A stretch of DNA of 64,000 nt from an uncultured Holophagae bacterium (GTDB lineage Bacteria > Acidobacteriota > Thermoanaerobaculia > Thermoanaerobaculales > Sulfomarinibacteraceae). The notes under the pieces were generated by a model. That model did no database searches. It was given only the letters and a program-made list of their open reading frames with translations, and was not told the origin of the DNA. The translations under genes and the position numbers were made by a program. Position 1 is the first letter of the stretch; each line of letters starts with the position of its first letter. Positions 57,761 through 64,000 of this stretch are shown one piece after another. The stretch covers positions 573,642-637,641 of the forward strand of contig CAWCOD010000006.1 in assembly GCA_963797055.1 (NCBI GenBank), in the 5' to 3' direction.

Positions 57761-60332
57761 CTAGGGTCCCACCCCCGACCACGCGTCAGCTCCGCCCGAC
57801 TCGAAACCGTCGGAGAAGACGAGGGGCGTCTGGACCGAGCTGCACTCACCTGGAACGGCAACGTCGGAAATGGTGATGTCGTCGACCCACCAACCGTCTT
57901 CTTCCACATAGCCATCGGAGGATAATCTCCAACGAATGAGAATCTCCTGCCCGCTCCACTGAGCGAGGGAGGCCTGGTACCCGCCGTAGGTCAGGTCGGT
58001 TCCGGTGAAGTAATCTCCGGTTGGCAGGAGGCATTCATCGCCGGTATTTCCGGCGTAGCCGGGGTAGCCGACCTCCAGCCGAGTCCAGGTCCCTCCACCG
58101 TTCGCTGAAACCTCGACGATACCCTTGTCCCAGTCGTCCTCGATGTCGTAGACGGACCAGAACTCCAGGGCGGGTGACGGACCCAGCTCGAGGAGGGGTG
58201 TGGTGACGGCCGCACAGGTGTCGCTGGGGTAGGCTCCCGTGAGGTAGACCCCGGAGCCGGTGTGGCCGCCGGCGGCTGCGAGGTGCCACGGTGGATCCGT
58301 GCCCAGCGTCGCCGGACTGTCGTCACCGGCGGTGTCGGTCCAGGTGCCGATGACCGGCGGACCCGTGGGACTTCCGGTGACCTCTGCGGTGTTCTGGTCT
58401 TCGGCTCCGTTGCTCTGGTCGATGGCTCGGACCACGTAGGAATACTGCTCCGAGAAGACCGCGTCGAAATCGTCGTAGCTGATTCCCGAAACGTTGGCTG
58501 CGACGAGATTCGAAGGACCGGGATCGAATCCGGGAGATGTGGACCGATAGACGTTGTAGGCTACCGAGCCGCCGCAGTAGACCTCGTAGGGTGGTGACCA
58601 ATTGACGGTCAGGCGGCAGGTCTCGGAGGCGGCATCGACCACGCCGGTGGCGCCGGAGAACCCTGGGGGTTCGGTGCATGAACCGGTGGTTGACGCTTCG
58701 ACGCAGGCGGTGGGTGGGGAGAGGCAGTACCCGGAGGGGTCCTTTGCGACCACCGTGTAGCCGTAGACTACGCCGCCCGAGGCGGAGGTGTCGCTGAAGA
58801 AGGCGTTGGCGGTTTCAGCGACCACCGTCACCGGTCCCGGTTGGACGCATCCGCCAGGCGCCCGGCGGACTTCATAGACCATCCCTGGTCCGGCGCCCGT
58901 CCACGACAGATCGACGCGGTGCTCGCCAGCTCCGGCCGCAACCAGGTCGGATGGTGGTCCACCGCGCCGGCAGAGTGGTTCCGCGAGGTGGCCCGCCGTG
59001 GCCAGATAGAGCCGCATGGATCCGGCGAGGAATTCGGGTCCGTCCGGTCCGCAGTTTGCAATGGTGTCGGCGCTGGTGTGGTAGTAGGGGTAGCTGCCGC
59101 TCTGGCCGCAGAAGCCTTCGTTGTCGGTGATGCCGCAGACACCGGAGAACCCACGTTGCCAGAACGGCCAGTGGTCGCTGTAGGCCATGTCGTTGCACTG
59201 GAACGCGTTCACCGGCAGGCCCACCGGGTAGTCGGCGGCGATCTCGGTCATCAGGGATCCCAGCCATGCCGAGCTGGTGTTGTAGTTGATGTCCAGATCC
59301 TCGGGATCCGGAGAACCGTTCCCTTCCCAGCCCACCATGTCGGCATTGAGGACCGCCTGAATCTGTTCGCCGGCGGCTGCCGCCTGGGCGGCGTAGTGGG
59401 CGCTGCCGTAGAGTCCCCACTCCTCACCCGTCACGGCGAGAAAACGAATCGTGCTCGAAAAATCATAGCCCGACATGACCTCGGCGAGAGCCGTGACCAG
59501 AGCCGAGCCTGAGGCGTTGTCATCGGCTCCCGGAGCGCTGCCTGACGACGGCATGTCGTCGAGATGTCCAATGACGATATAGACCTGATCGGGTGTGACC
59601 CGGCCGGGGATGGTACCTATGATGTTGGGTGCGTGGCCCGAGGTATGGTCCTGGAACTCGGGCTCGAGTCCAAATGCGTCGAACAGCGCGAAGACGTCGT
59701 CCGCGGCGGTCTGACACCCGGTCGATGTGGAGTATCGAGTGGACGCGGACTGCACGATGGTCTGCCAGTGAGCGAGGGCGAATGGACCCGTCAACAAAGG
59801 TCAGCATCTCGGTCACCAGGGCATCGGTGTCGACCAGTTCCGTTGCGTGCTTCGGCTGGTTTGCATAGGGGGTGGGCGGTGCCTTCGAATACCCGAGAGG
59901 TTCCAGAGAAAGTGGCGTGATGAGGACGGTGGGGCGAGCGAGGCATTCCGTGAGATCGACGTGATCCGTGCGCAGGAGGATCCAGTCGTCTTCTCGCCAG
60001 AGGACATCGCCACACCCTGAAAGATCGGAGATGGACCCGGTCTCCAGGAGACCGCCGAGGGCAAATCTGCCGCCCTCGGGTTGGACATCGACAACCTCGA
60101 GACCGAGGCCGAAGCGAGCCACCGTCTCTTCAATGGCGGTCTGATCACCGAACGCAAGGAAGGCGTTGGAAAGTTCGGCTACCAGCGGGATTCCGGCCTC
60201 CATGAGGTCATCGCGGCCGAGGTCCTGGGGGCGGTCGATGCGAAGCAGGGCTTGCGGACCTCCGGCCCACAGCGGAACGGCGAGCGCAACCGCAACGATG
60301 CCCATCGTGATCGTTCGCAGATTGAACAGCAT
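57761..60332 (-). pseudogene. Secreted M28-family aminopeptidase with FN3-like and C-terminal beta domains; reading frame broken near 59783-59791
   Basis: The N-terminal part (signal peptide MLFNLRTITMGIVAVALAVPLWAGG, propeptide) is ORF 59520-60332. The M28 core (HLDDMP...GADDNASG, VTGEEWGLYGS) is ORF 57761-59797 in another frame. Removing 1 nt near GACGGGTCC joins them. Confidence 0.65.
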
Positions 60333-60591
60333 GGTGGAGACCTCCAAGAACGGTCGACCGATGGTGTTTCCGGCCACGACAGAGAGTACCAGAAACCGGT
60401 GGCACGGTCGGTGATACGCAACGGGGGGAGAGGATTTTGGGGTGGACTGCGGCAATACAGCGACTCGGCTCAGGAGCTGCACCCGGTGAGTGAAGGGCCC
60501 GTGTCATGTGACGTAGCGAGCGGTACGGGCTAGACTGTCAGCCCGCGTCGAGCCACAGGCCGTACGTGGATCGGGGAGTCAGACCATAGCC

Positions 60592-62754
60592 ATGAGCCAG
60601 AATGAGATTCAGCCCCCCGTGGTGACCTCGAAGACCAAAGCGGATGTCCTGCCGCTTTGGAAGAAGCTGCTCTTTGCGGTTCTCGCCACCGTGCTCTTCT
60701 TCATCGTGGCGGAGGGACTGCTGGCCGTCCTGGGGGTTGATTCAAAGGGTTACGAAAACGACCCGTACGTGGGATTTTCGGGTTCGTCGTCGCTTTATGT
60801 GGAGACCACCGACGCTAACGGCATGCCGACGATGGAGCGTGCGCCGGGGAAGAAGGCCCTGTTCAACCAACAGAGTTTCCCGGTGAGAAAGCCGGACGGT
60901 GCCTACCGGGTGTTCTGCGTCGGCGGATCGACAACCTACGGAAGACCCTACGGCGACGTCACGTCCTTTTGCGGATGGCTCCGTGAGTTCTTGACCGCGG
61001 CCGAACCCGAGCGCCAGTGGGAGGTCATCAACGCTGGAGGCATCAGCTACGCGAGCTACCGGGTGGCTGTCCTCATGGAAGAACTCATTCGCTACGACCC
61101 GGACCTTTTCGTGGTCTACTCGGGCCACAACGAGTTCCTGGAGCGGCGAACCTACCCGCAGATCATCGCCATGCCGAGGCCCGTGCGGGGCGTGGGTGCC
61201 CTGGCGTCGAAAACCAGGACATGGGCAGTCGTCAGCGGGCTGGTCGCTCGGACCAAGGGTGGTGGCGACCAAACCGACCCCGCGGTCCTTTCATCGGAGG
61301 TGGTGACTCTGCTCGACGACGCCGTGGGTCCATCGGCCTACAGCCGCGACGACACGCTCGCTGAAAAGGTCCTGCAACACTTCCGTTTCAATCTCCACCG
61401 AATGGTCCAGATCGCACGCTCGGGCGGCGCCGAAATCATGCTGGTCACGCCGGCGGCAAATTTGAGGAATTCCGGCCCCTTCAAGAGCGAGCACCGCGAT
61501 GGCTTGACCCCCGCGGAAGAAGGCTCGTGGAACATACTCGTTCGACAGGGTATCGAGGCCTTTCGGAGCGGAGACGCCGATCGCGCCATCGACACGCTCC
61601 GGCAGGCCGCCGAAATCGATCCGCGACATGCCGAGCTCCAGTACGTCCTTGGTCAGGCGCTGGACTCCTCGGGCCGATTCGACGAGGCCAAGATAGCCTT
61701 CGAGCGAGCCCGGGACGAGGATGTATGCCCCCTGCGAGCCCTCGGCCCGATGCCGGGCATCGTCCGGGAGGTGGCTGCCGAAGAAAGTGTGCCTTTGGTG
61801 GATTTCGTCAGCCTCGTGGAAGGACGTTCGCCGGGCGGGATTCCGGGGGCCAATTTTTTCCTGGATCACGTTCACCCGACCATCGACGGAAACCGGATGC
61901 TCGCCCTGGCGGTGCTCGACCTGATGATCGAGGACGGGGTTGTCCGGCCGGACTCGGATTGGGGTGACGAGCGCATCCGTCAGGTGACCGAGGAGTTGGA
62001 GGGTGGACTCGACGCCCACGCCCACGCCATTGCGCTGACCAATCTCTCCAAGGTCATAGGTTGGGCCGGGAAACTCGGCGAATCCTATGGGCTGTCACGC
62101 GAGGCGGTGGAACTGGATCCGGAGGATGTTCGCGTTCAGTACCAGGCAGGACTCGCGGCCGACCTCATGGGCCGGAACGATGAGGCGATGTATCACTACC
62201 TCAAGGCGATCGAAATTCAACCCGATGCGGCCCTGGCCCACGGCAACCTGGCGGTGGGGCTGGAGAAGAAGGGCCGTATGGTCGAAGCCGTGAACCACTA
62301 CCGGATCGCGTATGAGAACAGCAGCCCGGAAGACCTCGGTCACCACCGGGACAACTTCGCCGATGCTCTCGTCAAGCTTGCCTTTCTGCTCTACGGCCGG
62401 GGAGAGGTCGACAACGCCCTGGCGCTGTTGGAGGAGGCTGAACAGGTCAAGCCAGACGATCCCGAGGTTCTCAATCGTCTTGGGACCGTGCTCATGGCTT
62501 CGGGCCGGACCGAGGAGGCGGTGGTTCGCCTCGATACGGCGGTCGCGTTGCGACCCGATGACGCCGGCGCCCGTAATCGCCTCGCGCTGGCCCTGGCCCT
62601 TGGGGGCCGCCCTGCAGAGGCCGCTGAAGCCTACGCCCGTGCCCTCAAGCTCGATCCGGCTGTGGAAGTCGCTCCGGATAACCTCTTCACGGTCCTGGAC
62701 CGTATGGGCCGCACCGGGGACGCCGAGGAGATCCGCGGGCTGCTGGATCACTAA
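60592..62754 (+). CDS. Membrane-anchored SGNH-like hydrolase domain fused to TPR repeats
   Basis: N-terminal TM helix. YRVFCVGGSTTYG block. At least 6 TPR-like repeats in the C-terminal half. Confidence 0.8.
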   Translation: MSQNEIQPPVVTSKTKADVLPLWKKLLFAVLATVLFFIVAEGLLAVLGVDSKGYENDPYVGFSGSSSLYVETTDANGMPTMERAPGKKALFNQQSFPVRKPDGAYRVFCVGGSTTYGRPYGDVTSFCGWLREFLTAAEPERQWEVINAGGISYASYRVAVLMEELIRYDPDLFVVYSGHNEFLERRTYPQIIAMPRPVRGVGALASKTRTWAVVSGLVARTKGGGDQTDPAVLSSEVVTLLDDAVGPSAYSRDDTLAEKVLQHFRFNLHRMVQIARSGGAEIMLVTPAANLRNSGPFKSEHRDGLTPAEEGSWNILVRQGIEAFRSGDADRAIDTLRQAAEIDPRHAELQYVLGQALDSSGRFDEAKIAFERARDEDVCPLRALGPMPGIVREVAAEESVPLVDFVSLVEGRSPGGIPGANFFLDHVHPTIDGNRMLALAVLDLMIEDGVVRPDSDWGDERIRQVTEELEGGLDAHAHAIALTNLSKVIGWAGKLGESYGLSREAVELDPEDVRVQYQAGLAADLMGRNDEAMYHYLKAIEIQPDAALAHGNLAVGLEKKGRMVEAVNHYRIAYENSSPEDLGHHRDNFADALVKLAFLLYGRGEVDNALALLEEAEQVKPDDPEVLNRLGTVLMASGRTEEAVVRLDTAVALRPDDAGARNRLALALALGGRPAEAAEAYARALKLDPAVEVAPDNLFTVLDRMGRTGDAEEIRGLLDH

Positions 62755-62894
62755 AACCCGCCCCGAGTCCCGAGCCCCGATTCTCTCCCTCCCGTCCGTG
62801 ACCGCACAAAATCTCAATTCTCAGTTTTGAGTTTTGAATTGCCCTTCGACGTGCACATCTCCCGACCGCGCTCCCCGAGGGCGCGTATCTCGGA

Positions 62895-62970
62895 GGTGCC
62901 TGGCATCCCGATTCGCCAACGCCGGCCGTCCGATTCATCACGCTGGGGCGAATCGGCGTGCCTGGCATCC
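62895..62970. repeat. Direct GTGCCTGGCATCC repeats flanking a CCGATTCGCC...GGCGAATCGG hairpin
   Basis: Read directly. CGTGCCTGGCATCCTCACGGGAAGCGCGACGA... continues as the reverse complement of 17125-17190. Confidence 0.8.
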
Positions 62971-63064
62971 TCACGGGAAGCGCGACGATGAACCGGGGCG
63001 CAACGAAGTACCCAAGCCGGCCACAATCGAGCCTCCGGCCCCTCACCGCGCCCATCCCCCTACA

Positions 63065-63204
63065 GCGCTACCCGAGGTTTCGCGGCCGGTGGCCGCGGTG
63101 ACCAGCGTACCAGCGTTTGGCCGTAAGGCCTCTGATCCTGTAAAGGATCGGACATGGCCGCCGCACGCGGCCACGGCCACAACCGCTGCCGCCGGCAGGT
63201 TGCC
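63065..63204 (-). repeat. Repeat module C, copy 2 (inverted)
   Basis: See 57441-57586. Confidence 0.85.
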
Positions 63205-63318
63205 CCCTTAGACATTGTTGGGACCTCACGGGTTGAACTTGCCAGCACCTTGGTTCCCAACAATGTCAAAGACGGCACGCCCGCCATACGCGCCCACCTC
63301 GCTCCGGGTGGGCGGGAG

Positions 63319-63367
63319 GAATCTGCAATGTGCAATCTGGAATTCGCAGTTCGAAATGGGTGGGTGG
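63319..63367. repeat. 7 heptamers (GAATCTG, CAATGTG, CAATCTG, GAATTCG, CAGTTCG, AAATGGG, TGGGTGG) between G-tract boxes
   Basis: Read directly. Confidence 0.85.
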
Positions 63368-63407
63368 GAGGCCCTGAACTCTGAGCTCTGACAACGGTAT
63401 CGATAAC

Positions 63408-63483
63408 GGGCTCGGGCTCGGGCTCGGGCTCGGGAGGGCGGGCGGGGCATCTTGCATCTTGGATCTGGGCGGGAGGGTGGGGG
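63408..63483. repeat. Composite: GGGCTC x4, GGGAGGGCGGGCGGGG, CATCTTG x2/GATCTGG, GGGCGGGAGGGTGGGGG; inverted counterpart of 16911-16985
   Basis: Same order of hexamer array, G/C box, heptamer array and G/C box as the reverse complement of the 16.9-kb block. Confidence 0.85.
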
Positions 63484-63486
63484 AAG

Positions 63487-63512
63487 TAAAAGCGGGGGCC
63501 GAAGCCCCCGCT
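63487..63512 (-). terminator. Rho-independent terminator of the last (partial) gene
   Basis: Minus strand reads AGCGGGGGC-UUCG-GCCCCCGCU followed by UUUU. Confidence 0.8.
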
Positions 63513-63534
63513 GTAGGTTGATATTCGACTGACG

Positions 63535-64000
63535 CTACTGCGGCAGCACGGTGGTCGGATCGGAGGTCTGGTTGTCCAGCACCGAACCGTAGCAGTAGAC
63601 GTACGCACCCTCGGTGGCGGTGTATACGTCCGCGTAGCCCTGCACCGGCGCATAGGCGCTGAACAGGCCGTTGAACTGCTTGTTCGACCACGGCGGCAGG
63701 TCCATGGTCCGTGCCTCGAGCATCTCACCCGCACCGTCGTACAGGTCGATGTTGACCCGGACCGCCTGGTTGACGCCGTTGACGCAACCCACGTTGGCCC
63801 GGAAGTCGTCGTTGTGGTTGAGGAAAATGATCCTCTTGGTCGTGCCAGGAGTGATCATGTGGCTCATGGGCACGCCCGGCAGAGCCTGACCGAAGGTCCC
63901 GGCCACCTTGGCGGTGGGGATGTTGTAGGTCCGGGACATGGAGATCAGATCCGAGCTGTCCGTCGCACTCACCGCGAGCGCGCCGACCGCGTCGGGTTCC
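63535..64000 (-). CDS. C-terminal part of a hypothetical (probably secreted, all-beta) protein; gene continues beyond the window
   Basis: Frame is open to the window end. Ends ...YCYGSVLDNQTSDPTTVLPQ. No family recognised with confidence. Confidence 0.55.
   Translation of the reverse strand, partial: EPDAVGALAVSATDSSDLISMSRTYNIPTAKVAGTFGQALPGVPMSHMITPGTTKRIIFLNHNDDFRANVGCVNGVNQAVRVNIDLYDGAGEMLEARTMDLPPWSNKQFNGLFSAYAPVQGYADVYTATEGAYVYCYGSVLDNQTSDPTTVLPQ

Overview
GC-rich bacterial chromosomal segment (about 60-65% GC by eye, not computed). It has about 50 tightly packed, mostly housekeeping or envelope genes and no rRNA, tRNA, CRISPR, integrase or transposase that I can recognise. Secure calls include secA, guaB, gmd, purF, glgA, pcm, a fused formiminotransferase-cyclodeaminase, an OPT transporter, a complete Alternative Complex III operon (actABCDEF), a MacAB-like ABC efflux operon, and several secreted hydrolases. 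Lineage cannot be fixed from the sequence alone; the gene content would fit Acidobacteriota, Gemmatimonadota or Myxococcota-like organisms, which is inference only.

The most unusual signal is non-coding. Most of the longer intergenic spacers are built from in-register heptanucleotide (sometimes hexanucleotide) tandem arrays next to C3/G3-tract boxes. Three copies share a precise layout of 5 heptamers, a GC-rich core, then 5 inverted heptamers, and they fill 3' or operon-internal gene gaps. There are also mosaic dispersed repeat modules and a 74-nt element with palindromic 13-mer ends.

Protein-level oddities:
- an overlapping pair of citrate-synthase paralogs, one apparently lacking the catalytic Asp
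- an fxsA / degenerate-HEPN-like / acidic-protein operon interrupted at a G8 tract
- a frameshifted M28 peptidase
- a C-terminal FxDGFExG..WS..GP motif shared by two secreted hydrolases

All calls rest on reading the sequence and ORF translations and on remembered family motifs. No database search, folding or statistics were run.
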